A stretch of DNA of 36,528 nucleotides from the sequence record SRR33789315_102; one strand, given 5' to 3'. Position 1 is the stretch's first letter; each line of letters begins with the position of its first letter. The notes below the pieces were generated by a model. That model was given only the letters and a program-made list of their open reading frames with translations. It had not been told where the DNA came from and did not search any database. Of this stretch, positions 18,719-29,297 are shown piece after piece. A program made the translations under genes and the position numbers.

Positions 18719-19534
18719 TTATTTAAAACTTGTAACTCCAAATTTCTTAGCTTCTGCAACAGCTTGAGGAGCAATTTCTTTAAGACGAGCTATACGCGTA
18801 TCTGCCGAAGGGTGTGTACTTAAAAATTCTGGAGGACTATCGCCACTCGCTTGCGCTTTCATACGTTCCCATAGGTTTGGCGCTTCATAAGGGTCATAAC
18901 CAGCAATTGCAGCAATAATAGTCCCTATAGCATCTGCTTCACTTTCATGTTTACGGCTAAAAGGAAGAATCCCTAAAACATTACTTCCTACCCCATAATA
19001 TTGGTTGAAAATTTGCCCTGCTTTAGAGTCTCCTAAAGCAAGTGCACCAGCCACACCTGCATATTGCTGAACCTGTGCAGCACTCATACGCTGTGCTCCG
19101 TGATTAGCTAATGCATGGGCTAATTCATGTCCCATAACCATGGCAAGACCTGTTTCATCTTGGGTTATAGGTAGAATTCCAGTGTAAACAACAATTTTTC
19201 CACCTGGCATACAAAATGCATTAACTGCTTCGTCTTTTACTAAGTTATATTCCCAACGATAATCTGCTAGGTAACCAGGATAACCTAAAGCAGTCATATA
19301 ACGTTCTGAGGCTATTGCTATTTTCTCACCAACACGTTTTACCATTAAGGCTTCAGCTGTGTTTTCTATCACATTATTTTCTGCAAGAAATTCATCATAT
19401 TGTTGAAACGCCATAGGAAACAACTCTTCATTACTTACAAAATTTAGTGTTTGTTTGCCTGTAAAAGGACTTACCTTACAACTTAAAACTAAAATGGCTG
19501 TAAGAGTTATAATTAATATATTTTTAGATTTCAT
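18719..19534 (-). CDS. M48 family zinc metallopeptidase lipoprotein
   Basis: Lipobox VLSC, NAFCMPGG, HELAH, ESEAD and FLSTHP motifs. Confidence 0.92.
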   Translation of the reverse strand: MKSKNILIITLTAILVLSCKVSPFTGKQTLNFVSNEELFPMAFQQYDEFLAENNVIENTAEALMVKRVGEKIAIASERYMTALGYPGYLADYRWEYNLVKDEAVNAFCMPGGKIVVYTGILPITQDETGLAMVMGHELAHALANHGAQRMSAAQVQQYAGVAGALALGDSKAGQIFNQYYGVGSNVLGILPFSRKHESEADAIGTIIAAIAGYDPYEAPNLWERMKAQASGDSPPEFLSTHPSADTRIARLKEIAPQAVAEAKKFGVTSFK

Positions 19535-19583
19535 CAATTTTGTGTTTTAAAATTACCTGCGAAATATAATAAAACTGCTTTAA

Positions 19584-21983
19584 CTATCCTAAAATATGGA
19601 TATCGGTAAAATTTTTGGGTACTCTAAAAATCTGCTGACTAGCATCATCTTCAAAAACCTTTAAATCAAACTCTTCATTATCAATCTCAACATTTTCGAC
19701 TTTAAAAGGTAATCCGATTAATTTTATTTTAATGGTTTCATACTCTGTTTCATAAGTACCACTCTTGTACTGATGTAAAATTAGCTGATTTTCTCTTCCA
19801 TCTAATTTAAAATTACGTAAACTATATCTACCTTTTTTATGATCGTAACCATCTCCAGAATCTTCATAAACTTTGCTGTTTTCGACTCCTTTAGTATAAT
19901 AAACTTCTAGTGTAAGTTCTTCTATCTTTTTCTCACCAACGTATTGTTGTACGGGGTATCTGGGAATAATAGCTCCTGCTTTAATAAAAATAGGAATCTC
20001 ATCAATATCTGCATCTACCCAAAGTTCTTTTCCTCCTTCTACTACGGTATGATTCCAATAATTATACCACTTGCCTCTTGACAAATACATTCTACGCCCT
20101 TTTGAATTAGGGTCTAAAATGGGACAAACCAAAATTTGATCACCAAAAATAAATTCATCAGTTCTATAGTGTGTTTGTGGATCATTTTGATCATAATACA
20201 CTAAAGGTTTTAACATAGGAATTCCCTCTGTAGCATAATCATAAAACATAGTATAGAGATACGGCAATAAGGTATACCTGATTTCTATAAACTTACGAGT
20301 TATATTAGTGACATTATCATCAAAGGACCAAGGCTCTTGATCCCCATGATGACCAGAAGAATGTACACGACAAAAAGGATGAAAAACTCCTAACTGTATC
20401 CAACGTGTAAACAGTTCTCCTGTGGGTTGTTCTGCAAACCCACCAATATCTGATCCTGTAAAAGACATTCCAGATACACACATACGTTGTACCTGTATGT
20501 TAGCGAGCCATAAATGCTCCCAGGTTGCTACGTTATCGCCAGTCCATGAGGAGGTATAGCGCTGTGCCCCACTGTAGGCAGAGCGTGTTATAACAAATGG
20601 TCGTTTAGGATAAATAAACTTCTTTACCCCTTCATAAGTAGCTCTGGCCATTTGTGTACCATATACATTGTGGGCTTTTCTATGACTTGAGGGATGTCCA
20701 TCAAAGTCATGACGTACATCATTAGGAAATGTTTTTCCAGGTACTTCCATCACAGCGGGCTCGTTCATATCATTCCACACGCCTTTTACGCCAATATCTG
20801 ATATAAGCTCTTTAAAAAGATCTGTCCACCACTCTCTCACTTCTGGGTTTGTAAAGTCAGGAAAAACACATTCTCCCGGCCAAACTTTTCCTATCATATG
20901 CGGACCATCTGCCCGTTTGCAGTACACATCTTTTTCTAGACCATCATTATATACCCAATAATCTGGATCTATTTTAATCCCTGGATCAATAATTACTACA
21001 GTCTTAAAACCTTCTTCAGCTAATTCTTTTACCATTTTCTTGGGATCAGGAAAATATTCCTTACTCCAAGTAAAACAGCGAAATCCTTCCATATAATCTA
21101 TATCCAGATATATTGCATCACAAGGTATTTTTAACTCCCTAAAAGTTGAGGTGATTTCTCTAACCTTAGCTTCTGGATAATAGCTCCACTTACATTGCTG
21201 AAAACCAAGTGTCCAGAGTGGTGGTAAATCAGGTTTCCCAGTGATTTCAGTATAATTTCTTACTACATCACTCATGTCTGGGCCATAAATGAAGTAATAG
21301 TTCATCTCACCACCCATAGCCCAAAAGCTTGTCACATCTAATCTTTCATGACAAAAATCAAAATAGGATCTAAAAGTATTATCAAAGAAAACACCGTATG
21401 CTCTTTTTTTATTAAGTCCTATATAAAAAGGAACCGTTTTATAAATAGGATCTTGGCCATGTCCAAATGCATAAGAGTCTGTTGCCCAATTTTGTAAACG
21501 TTTACCTCTTAAATTAAAATGAACAGGCTTATCTCCTAAACCATAAAAACTCTCTCCATGTTGAGCACGTTTACTCATTTTTACGACGCTGCCACCGTCT
21601 TCAAAATTTTCTTCATAATGAAAACCTATTTCGTCCTCATTAATAAGGTTACCTTCTATATCATATATTTTCTTTTGAAGACTGCTTTTTTCAATCTTAA
21701 TAACCAACTTGGAAGTGGTTACTGTATGGTAATCTTTCTCTTCAGAAATCTCAAGAACGTTATACCCTAATCTGCTTTCGCTATCTATAGCATAAGAAAA
21801 ATCTTCCTGAAAAGTACCTCGGGTTCCATATCTAAACCTAATTATACTATCTCGTAGTACAGTAAGTTGTAAAAGCACACCATTATTTGTTGTAAAATAT
21901 AAAGTGTCCACTTCTTTAGACACGCTAATAATATTTGAAGGAAATTGATTCCCTTTATTGACGAGTTCTGTATTTATAATCAT
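19584..21983 (-). CDS. GH31 alpha-glucosidase; start likely ATG 21983 (MIINTELV)
   Basis: LDIDYM, WNDMNEP nucleophile, WTGDN and SDIGGF motifs. Confidence 0.93.
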   Translation of the reverse strand: MIINTELVNKGNQFPSNIISVSKEVDTLYFTTNNGVLLQLTVLRDSIIRFRYGTRGTFQEDFSYAIDSESRLGYNVLEISEEKDYHTVTTSKLVIKIEKSSLQKKIYDIEGNLINEDEIGFHYEENFEDGGSVVKMSKRAQHGESFYGLGDKPVHFNLRGKRLQNWATDSYAFGHGQDPIYKTVPFYIGLNKKRAYGVFFDNTFRSYFDFCHERLDVTSFWAMGGEMNYYFIYGPDMSDVVRNYTEITGKPDLPPLWTLGFQQCKWSYYPEAKVREITSTFRELKIPCDAIYLDIDYMEGFRCFTWSKEYFPDPKKMVKELAEEGFKTVVIIDPGIKIDPDYWVYNDGLEKDVYCKRADGPHMIGKVWPGECVFPDFTNPEVREWWTDLFKELISDIGVKGVWNDMNEPAVMEVPGKTFPNDVRHDFDGHPSSHRKAHNVYGTQMARATYEGVKKFIYPKRPFVITRSAYSGAQRYTSSWTGDNVATWEHLWLANIQVQRMCVSGMSFTGSDIGGFAEQPTGELFTRWIQLGVFHPFCRVHSSGHHGDQEPWSFDDNVTNITRKFIEIRYTLLPYLYTMFYDYATEGIPMLKPLVYYDQNDPQTHYRTDEFIFGDQILVCPILDPNSKGRRMYLSRGKWYNYWNHTVVEGGKELWVDADIDEIPIFIKAGAIIPRYPVQQYVGEKKIEELTLEVYYTKGVENSKVYEDSGDGYDHKKGRYSLRNFKLDGRENQLILHQYKSGTYETEYETIKIKLIGLPFKVENVEIDNEEFDLKVFEDDASQQIFRVPKNFTDIHILG

Positions 21984-22092
21984 AAGCGAATGAAATGGGA
22001 TTAAAATTGCTTTTTGATAAAAGCGCAATTTATTTTAAAAATATATAATGCAGATCATTCTATCGTTACCCAAAAACTATGCATAATTGATT

Positions 22093-22668
22093 TTATTTAA
22101 TTCTAACGGTATTTGCTTCTTTGAGGTGCTCTTGTGTTTTTGTAATGATTTTAATGATATTAAATTCTATTTGAGACTTAGGCAAATACATTTTGTCTAC
22201 AACAAGTTTAAGTACATAATTTGCATCTACATGACACTGCTCATAATCTTCTTTTATGATTTTATCATCAATCATAAATACAGTATCACCTATCAAATCA
22301 CCAATGTACTGATTTTGTAACTCGATTAATGAAACTAAATTAAGTTTTTGTGGTGATTTTGAAGAAATTTGAATTATCCCATCATAGATTTTAGCGGCTA
22401 TAAGTGTGTCTTTTTTAATCACATTAACGTTATCGATACTATCTGGATTAAGACCTGCTAAGGCATAGCTAGACACCAGCTTTCCATCAAGATAAAAAGC
22501 CATTTTTTGTTCTTTATCAAGCTCACTTTGATAAGCAAGCTCGATGGGTAGCTCTTTTGCTACTTTAACTGGCTTACCTATTTTAACGCTGCCTTTTTCT
22601 GGTAAAGAATCCTGTGCAAAAACTGTAGATCCTGTTAGAAATATGAATATGATTAATAAAAATTTCAT
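22093..22668 (-). CDS. Secreted hypothetical protein with a TonB-plug-like segment
   Basis: Signal peptide ending VFAQ; FYLDGKLV...LNPDSIDNVNVIK resembles plug-domain motifs. Confidence 0.7.
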   Translation of the reverse strand: MKFLLIIFIFLTGSTVFAQDSLPEKGSVKIGKPVKVAKELPIELAYQSELDKEQKMAFYLDGKLVSSYALAGLNPDSIDNVNVIKKDTLIAAKIYDGIIQISSKSPQKLNLVSLIELQNQYIGDLIGDTVFMIDDKIIKEDYEQCHVDANYVLKLVVDKMYLPKSQIEFNIIKIITKTQEHLKEANTVRIK

Positions 22669-22694
22669 TGTAATAAAATAATACAGCTCAAGTA

Positions 22695-24620
22695 TTATTG
22701 AGCTTTTGTTGAAAAAATAACCGTTGCGAGTGGTGGTATATCAATAACAATTGAGTGTTGCCTACTATTCCAGCTATAAGACTCTACATCAACACTTTCT
22801 ATGATATAATCATCGCTTCCGCCATAAATCTGGGCGTTAGAATTATATATTTGATATGCTGGACTTCCTGCTTTAAAAACATTTTCAGGCATACCCACTC
22901 TATATCCCACACGAGGAACGGGTGTAAAATTATGAATTACCACTAGAGTTTCTTTCGCTTTAAAGCCTGTTCTCATAAAAGAAAGAACAGAATTCTCGCT
23001 ATCATTCCATTCTATCCATTGAAAGCCATCACTGCTAAATTGTTTTTCATGTAAAGCCGGCTGTGATTTATATAATGTATTGAGTTCTTTAATTGTTTCA
23101 CTCACCCCTTTATGATAATCATAATCCAATAAATGCCAGTCTAAACTTTTCTGAAAATTCCATTCACTACTTTGACCAAATTCGCCTCCTTGGAAAATTA
23201 ATTTACTTCCTGGATGCGTAAACATATAACTGAACAATAATCTTAAATTGGCAAAACGTTGCCATTCATCACCAGGCATTTTATCTAAAAGGGATTTTTT
23301 ACCATAAACAACTTCATCGTGAGAAAGCGGAAGCATAAAGTTTTCGGTAAAAGCATAGGTCATACCAAAAGTAATATCGTTTTGGTGATGCTTTCTGTAA
23401 ATAGGTTCCTTTTTAAAGTATTCTAGGGTATCATGCATCCACCCCATCATCCATTTCATACCAAAGCCTAAACCTCCCATAAAGGTAGGTTTTGTTACCA
23501 TGGGGAAACTTGTAGACTCTTCTGCTATGGTTTGTACATCAGGAAAGTAAGCATAAACGGCTTCATTAAACTCTTTAAGAAAAGAGGCTGCTTCTAGATA
23601 TTCATTTCCTCCATATATATTAGGTTCCCACTCGTGGTCTTCTCTTGAATAATCAAGATACAGCATAGAAGCAACGGCATCTACCCGCAAACCGTCTATA
23701 TGGTATTTTTCTAACCAAAAGAGCGCATTACTAATTAGAAAAGCACGCACTTCATTACGGCTATAATTAAATATTAAAGATTTCCAATCTGGATGATAGC
23801 CTTTACGCCTATCTGGATGTTCATAGAGATGTGACCCATCAAAAAGGCCTAAACCGTTAGCATCTTCCGGAAAATGAGAAGGTACCCAATCTAGTATAAC
23901 TCCAATTCCTGCTTGGTGCATTTTATCTATAAGGAGCATTAATTCTTCTGGATATCCAAATCTGGCAGTTGGCGCAAAATAACCTGTTATTTGATAACCC
24001 CAACTAGGATCATAAGGATATGCCATTATGGGCATAAATTCTACATGGGTAAAATTCATTTCCTTAACATATACAACCAATTCATCTGCTAATTCTGTAT
24101 AACTTAGGCTTCTTCCTTCCTCTTCGTTCTTCTTCCAAGATCCTAAGTGTACTTCATAAACTGAAAAAGGAGCTTCAAGTGAGTTCTTTTTAGCTCGATT
24201 TTTCATCCAACTAGTATCTTTCCACTTATAATCAAGCGCGTAAACTTCTGATGCTGTTTGTGGAGGATGTTCTCCTCGCAACGCATAAGGATCTGCCTTT
24301 TCTGTAATTATATTGCTATAGGATTCTATTTTATACTTGTAGCATGAACCAGCTTTTATATCTGGTATAAAACCTTCCCATATACCACTACTATCCCAAC
24401 GTACATTAAGCTGATGCGCTTCATTCTCCCAATTATTAAAATCTCCTATAACCGAAACCATTTTTGCAGTAGGTGCCCATACCGCAAAATAAGTTCCTTT
24501 AACACCTTCTACTGTAATAATATGTGAACCAAATTTTTCATAAAGACGGAAATGTTTTCCAGACTTAAATAATGCGATATCAAATTGTGTGAAGAGGCTG
24601 TGCGCCTTAACTCTACTCAT
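22695..24620 (-). CDS. glgB: 1,4-alpha-glucan branching enzyme (GH13)
   Basis: YEVHLGSW, SWGYQ, LDWVPSHF, GLRVDAVASM, IAEES and LSHDEVV motifs. Confidence 0.97.
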   Translation of the reverse strand: MSRVKAHSLFTQFDIALFKSGKHFRLYEKFGSHIITVEGVKGTYFAVWAPTAKMVSVIGDFNNWENEAHQLNVRWDSSGIWEGFIPDIKAGSCYKYKIESYSNIITEKADPYALRGEHPPQTASEVYALDYKWKDTSWMKNRAKKNSLEAPFSVYEVHLGSWKKNEEEGRSLSYTELADELVVYVKEMNFTHVEFMPIMAYPYDPSWGYQITGYFAPTARFGYPEELMLLIDKMHQAGIGVILDWVPSHFPEDANGLGLFDGSHLYEHPDRRKGYHPDWKSLIFNYSRNEVRAFLISNALFWLEKYHIDGLRVDAVASMLYLDYSREDHEWEPNIYGGNEYLEAASFLKEFNEAVYAYFPDVQTIAEESTSFPMVTKPTFMGGLGFGMKWMMGWMHDTLEYFKKEPIYRKHHQNDITFGMTYAFTENFMLPLSHDEVVYGKKSLLDKMPGDEWQRFANLRLLFSYMFTHPGSKLIFQGGEFGQSSEWNFQKSLDWHLLDYDYHKGVSETIKELNTLYKSQPALHEKQFSSDGFQWIEWNDSENSVLSFMRTGFKAKETLVVIHNFTPVPRVGYRVGMPENVFKAGSPAYQIYNSNAQIYGGSDDYIIESVDVESYSWNSRQHSIVIDIPPLATVIFSTKAQ

Positions 24621-24729
24621 TAGTTTCTTGATTAAGTAAATTAGAAATTCCTTTTAATGGAGCATTTGCCCATCTAGGTGGAATTAATGTTGTAACCTAA
24701 TTCATATCCTGCTTTTCAATTACACAATA
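24613..24729 (-). pseudogene. Frameshifted C-terminal remnant of a maltokinase/TreS-associated kinase
   Basis: Three frames stitch to YCVIEK / AGYELGYNINS / PRWANAPLKGISNLLNQETNE*, matching the recalled LEKAxYELxYELNxRPxWxxIPLxG tail. Stop overlaps the glgB start. Confidence 0.7.
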
Positions 24730-25100
24730 TTACAATAGAAATATGCTGTCGTAATCTTTAAATGCATTTTTTGTCATATTAAAATAGTCTTTCCTTTCAC
24801 AAAAACCCAAACGTGCAACTGTCTCATTCATCACTATTTGTATAAAGTTGTTCTTAAAATACCGTTGTGATTTAAAGTTTAAAATTATATACGTTCTTGT
24901 TTAAAAAAATCAAAATTTAAGTTATTTGCAAGTATATTATCTGAATATGCTAATTTAATTAAATATTACCCCAGAATATGATTTTTTTACAATTTATAAT
25001 ATTTCCTTAACAAAAGAAAAATATACTTTCTGTTAAAAAAGCGTTATACTATTTTACGCTAGTAAGCTGTAACGTAATTTTAAATAAAAAGAATTTCTTT

Positions 25101-25580
25101 ATGAAAAAACTATGTTTTGCTTTGCTCACAATTGTTTTACTTTCTTGTGATGGCAATGCTCAAAAAAAGAATAATCAAAGTTTCGCTATTTCTAAAACAG
25201 ATACAGAATGGAAAGCCATACTTCCTTCCGAAGCTTATTATGTATTAAGAGAACAAGGCACAGAACGTCCTTTTTCTAGTCCGTTATTAAATCTCAAAGA
25301 AAAAGGCACTTATGTATGTGCCGCTTGCCAAAATCCACTATTTAAAAGTGAATACAAATTTAAAAGCGGTACGGGTTGGCCTTCTTTTGATCGCGAGATA
25401 AAAGGCAATGTAGCTTATGAAAAGGGTAATAAACTAAATTATGGTTCTGAAGAACACTGCGCAAATTGCGGTGGGCATTTGGGACATGTATTTAATGATG
25501 GACCAAAAGAAACTACTGGACTGCGTCATTGTATTAATGGAGACGCACTTAATTTTATCCCTGAAGATCAAGAAAAATAA
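25101..25580 (+). CDS. msrB: Peptide-methionine (R)-S-oxide reductase, lipoprotein form
   Basis: Lipobox LLSC, GTERPF, CAAC, GWPSF, CANCGGHLGHVF and RHCING motifs. Confidence 0.93.
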   Translation: MKKLCFALLTIVLLSCDGNAQKKNNQSFAISKTDTEWKAILPSEAYYVLREQGTERPFSSPLLNLKEKGTYVCAACQNPLFKSEYKFKSGTGWPSFDREIKGNVAYEKGNKLNYGSEEHCANCGGHLGHVFNDGPKETTGLRHCINGDALNFIPEDQEK

Positions 25581-25582
25581 TT

Positions 25583-25975
25583 ATGGAAAAATATCCTGTT
25601 GAAAAAACCGAAGTCGAGTGGAAAGAACTTCTCGATCCTGAGAATTATTATGTACTACGCCAAAAAGGCACAGAACGTCCGCATACCGGAAAATACAATT
25701 TACATTTTGAAGACGGAACCTATACTTGTGGTGCCTGCCACGTTCCCTTATTTGAAAGCAACAGCAAATTTGATGCTCATTGCGGATGGCCCAGTTTTGA
25801 TGAAGCACTAGAAGGAGCTATTGAATATGTTCCAGATACTACTTTAGGCATGAAAAGAACAGAAATTTTATGCGCAAACTGCGGAAGTCACTTAGGTCAC
25901 GTTTTTGATGATGGCCCAACAGCAACTGGTCAACGCTATTGCGTAAATTCGTTAAGTATCGATTTTGAAAAATAA
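25583..25975 (+). CDS. msrB: Peptide-methionine (R)-S-oxide reductase, cytoplasmic form
   Basis: GTERPH, CGAC, CGWPSF, CANCGSHLGHVF and RYCVNS motifs; no signal peptide. Confidence 0.95.
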   Translation: MEKYPVEKTEVEWKELLDPENYYVLRQKGTERPHTGKYNLHFEDGTYTCGACHVPLFESNSKFDAHCGWPSFDEALEGAIEYVPDTTLGMKRTEILCANCGSHLGHVFDDGPTATGQRYCVNSLSIDFEK

Positions 25976-26044
25976 TATCGAAAACGATTTTTTTGGAACG
26001 GTAGTTGATTTATGAATTTCATCAAACTCAAAAAGCACAGTATT

Positions 26045-26539
26045 ATGAAAAAATTTTTAGCCCTTTTAGGAATAGTTGCATTAGCATTTACTTCTTGTGA
26101 AGGACCAGAAGGTCCAGAAGGAGATTACATCGTTGGTACAACCTATGAAGTGAGTAATGTAAACTTCTCTCCTTCACAAAGTTTTTACAGGTTTATCTTA
26201 CCTGAAAATATTTATGACAGTGATGCCATTCTAGTTTATAGATTAGAAGCCGTAACAGAAGGTCTTGACGTATGGGAACCTTTGCCTACAGCTACCATTT
26301 TTTATGATGATGGCGGGTATTTACAATATAGATTTAACTATACTTATGGTGATGTAGATCTTATTATGGAAAGTGATGATATCTCCCTTGCTACCTCAGA
26401 ATATACTAACAATCAAGTTTTTAGAATCATTGTAGTTCCTTCAGATTTTGGAGCCACTTTCACAGGTGATATTTCAAATATTCAAGAAGTATTAGCAGCA
26501 CTTCACGTTTCTAAAAACGATATCTATAAATTAGATTAG
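26045..26539 (+). CDS. Lipoprotein with a short collagen-like repeat; start likely ATG 26045
   Basis: MKKFLALL...FTSC lipobox followed by EGPEGPEGD. Confidence 0.8.
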   Translation: MKKFLALLGIVALAFTSCEGPEGPEGDYIVGTTYEVSNVNFSPSQSFYRFILPENIYDSDAILVYRLEAVTEGLDVWEPLPTATIFYDDGGYLQYRFNYTYGDVDLIMESDDISLATSEYTNNQVFRIIVVPSDFGATFTGDISNIQEVLAALHVSKNDIYKLD

Positions 26540-26564
26540 AAAATAAACTTTAACATAAAGTGCA

Positions 26565-26610
26565 AGCCCTATAGGTTTCTGGTGAATAGAAATCTATAGG
26601 GTTTCTTTAT
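26565..26610 (+). terminator. Long hairpin terminator or REP-like palindrome
   Basis: AGCCCTATAGGTTTCT-GGTGAAT-AGAAATCTATAGGGTT followed by a T-rich tract. Confidence 0.7.
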
Positions 26611-26746
26611 TTATGAAGATTAGCAACATTCAAATGAACTGGTTATTATAGAGAATCTAGTTTGCTAAAGCTCATTTACCACTTATCTTCTTTTTACATT
26701 CCTTATATATATCGTAAATTCGTGCTCTAATTTTGACAAGAATACA

Positions 26747-28123
26747 ATGAGTAAATACGATGTTATTGTTCTAGGAAGTGGACCCGGTGGATATGTTACA
26801 GCCATCCGTGCATCACAATTGGGATTAAAAACCGCTGTAATCGAGAAAGAAAGCCTAGGTGGCGTATGCCTTAACTGGGGCTGTATTCCTACTAAAGCCT
26901 TATTAAAAAGTGCACAAGTTTTTGATTATCTAAATCATGCTGAAGATTACGGTCTTTCGGTTTCTGGTGCTGATAAAGATTTTGGGGCCGTTATCAAACG
27001 TAGCCGTGGTGTTGCAGATGGTATGAGTAAAGGGGTTCAATTTCTAATGAAGAAGAATAAAATCGATGTTATTACTGGTTATGGTAAAGTTAAGCCAGGC
27101 AAGAAAGTAGAAGTTGATGGTACAGAATATAGTGCAGATCACATCATAATTGCTACTGGTGCACGCTCTCGCGAACTTCCCAGCCTTAAACAAGACGGAA
27201 AAAAAGTAATAGGATATCGGGAAGCCATGAGCCTAGACAAACAACCCGAATCTATGATTATAGTGGGTTCTGGAGCAATAGGTGTTGAGTTTGGTAGCTT
27301 TTACCACTCCATGGGTACAAAAGTGACTATCGTAGAATTTTTACCTAATCTAGTTCCTGTAGAAGATGAGGAAGTTTCAAAACAATTTGAACGCATCTTT
27401 AAAAAACGCGGTATTAATGTAATGACTAGTTCTTCTGTAGAGTCTGTAGATACCTCTGGAGATAAAGTTATTGCTACGGTAAAAACTAAAAAAGGCGAAG
27501 AAAAACTAGAAGCAGATGTTGTTCTTTCTGCCGTAGGTATTAAAACCAATATTGAAAACATAGGCCTAGAAGATGTAGGTATTATTACAGATCGTGACAA
27601 GATAATTGTAAACGACTGGTACCAAACCAATATGCCTGGTTATTATGCTATAGGTGATGTTACACCTGGCCCTGCATTAGCACATGTTGCTTCTGCTGAA
27701 GGTATTTTGTGTGTTGAAAAAATTGCCGGAATGCATGTTGAAAAACTAGACTATTCTAATATACCTGGTTGCACCTACTCTACTCCTGAGGTAGCCTCTG
27801 TTGGTATGACCGAAAAACAGGCTAAAGAAGCTGGTTACGAAATTAAAGTTGGGAAATTCCCATTCTCTGCCTCTGGTAAAGCAAGTGCTTCTGGAAACAA
27901 AGATGGTTTTGTAAAAGTAATTTTTGATGCTAAATATGGAGAGTGGCTAGGTTGCCATATGATAGGTGCCGGTGTTACAGATATGATTGCAGAAGCAGTT
28001 TTGGGTCGTAAACTAGAAACTACTGGGCACGAAGTGCTTAAAACCATTCATCCGCATCCTACGATGAGTGAAGCCGTAATGGAAGCTACAGCAGACGCCT
28101 ATGGGGAAGTGATTCATTTGTAG
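26747..28123 (+). CDS. lpdA: Dihydrolipoamide dehydrogenase
   Basis: GSGPGG, GGVCLNWGCIPTK redox disulfide and HPHPTMSE motifs. Confidence 0.97.
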   Translation: MSKYDVIVLGSGPGGYVTAIRASQLGLKTAVIEKESLGGVCLNWGCIPTKALLKSAQVFDYLNHAEDYGLSVSGADKDFGAVIKRSRGVADGMSKGVQFLMKKNKIDVITGYGKVKPGKKVEVDGTEYSADHIIIATGARSRELPSLKQDGKKVIGYREAMSLDKQPESMIIVGSGAIGVEFGSFYHSMGTKVTIVEFLPNLVPVEDEEVSKQFERIFKKRGINVMTSSSVESVDTSGDKVIATVKTKKGEEKLEADVVLSAVGIKTNIENIGLEDVGIITDRDKIIVNDWYQTNMPGYYAIGDVTPGPALAHVASAEGILCVEKIAGMHVEKLDYSNIPGCTYSTPEVASVGMTEKQAKEAGYEIKVGKFPFSASGKASASGNKDGFVKVIFDAKYGEWLGCHMIGAGVTDMIAEAVLGRKLETTGHEVLKTIHPHPTMSEAVMEATADAYGEVIHL

Positions 28124-28165
28124 AAACACCTATTTGCCTAAAGGGCAGGTTAGCTTATAATAAAG

Positions 28166-28210
28166 AAGAATACCCAGAACATCCATTTGTGATTTTCTGG
28201 GTGTTCTTAT
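28166..28210. terminator. Inverted repeat between convergent lpdA and the accessory genes
   Basis: AAGAATACCCAGAA-N15-TTCTGGGTGTTCTT. Confidence 0.65.
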
Positions 28211-28355
28211 TAAGAGCTATCTTTATTAATTATGTTTAAATTTTTAATCCCATTCTGAAGGAGAGAACAAAACTAGCCAAAATGTGCAAACTTTCAGATT
28301 GTTGTCCACAGCTCTTCAAAATTAGTTAGTGAAAGTTTAATTTAGAATGAATTAA

Positions 28356-29252
28356 CTATTTCAAAAAATCCTCCTCTTGGTAAGCTGGATGAGGATATTT
28401 ATAAAATCCTTCACCGGTAGCAACGCCTAACTTTCCTTGGTCTATAAATTTTTCTTTTAATAATTGTATCACTTTTATTTTTAAAGGTTCTTGGGTTTTA
28501 TCTGCAGCCATCTTATTGATATTGTAGGCGGTTGTAATACCCACAACATCCAAAATACCAAAAGGACCAACAGGAGCACCTGTAGCTTTCATCCAGGTTT
28601 TATCAATGGTAGGAATATCTGCCACATCATTTGCCCAAAGTCCTAAACCTGCACTCAATAAGGGAACGAGCAAGGAGTTAAGAATATAACCTGGTTGTTC
28701 TTTATGCAGCGGTAAGGCCAACATGCCTATAGCTTTTGCAAATTTCACAACTTCATTAAAAACAGCTTCAGAAGTTCCCTGGTGTCCCATAATTTCGGCA
28801 GTGTTGTGTTTCCAAATTTCATTGGCAAAATGTAAGGCAACAAATTTCTCGGGACGTCCAGTAAAAGTAGCAAATTGACTGGGTAATAAGGTAGAAGAAT
28901 TCGTGGCAAAAATGGTTTTTTCTGGAGCAACTTTAGCTAGTTTCTCGTAGAACCCTATTTTAATCTTGGGATTTTCAGGAACCGCTTCAATAAGTAAATC
29001 TGCATCTTTAACTGCTTCTGCTAAATTAGAATTGTAGGATAGACGACTTTTAGTAGCATCTAATTGCTCTTGCGTTGCATTCAAATCTGCTTTAAATACT
29101 TTGCTCATCAACTTGAATTTTGACTTTGCTTTTTCTAAAACTTCATCATTAATGTCATAAACAGTTACGTTAAATCCGTGGAATGCAGATTGAAAAGCGA
29201 TTTGATAGCCCAATACGCCACTTCCTGCAATGGTTATATTTTTTAAGTTCAT
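28356..29252 (-). CDS. 3-hydroxyacyl-CoA dehydrogenase family protein
   Basis: GSGVLG, IEAVPE, ATNSST, LHFAN and GPFGILDVVG motifs. Confidence 0.9.
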   Translation of the reverse strand: MNLKNITIAGSGVLGYQIAFQSAFHGFNVTVYDINDEVLEKAKSKFKLMSKVFKADLNATQEQLDATKSRLSYNSNLAEAVKDADLLIEAVPENPKIKIGFYEKLAKVAPEKTIFATNSSTLLPSQFATFTGRPEKFVALHFANEIWKHNTAEIMGHQGTSEAVFNEVVKFAKAIGMLALPLHKEQPGYILNSLLVPLLSAGLGLWANDVADIPTIDKTWMKATGAPVGPFGILDVVGITTAYNINKMAADKTQEPLKIKVIQLLKEKFIDQGKLGVATGEGFYKYPHPAYQEEDFLK

Positions 29253-29297
29253 GGTTATGTTTTTATAATAAAATTATATTTTGAAAGAATTACTTCT

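Noticed and set aside
28211-28355. Possible gene remnant between the lpdA terminator and the dehydrogenase
   Set aside because: Only short frames with no recognisable motif in my manual translation.
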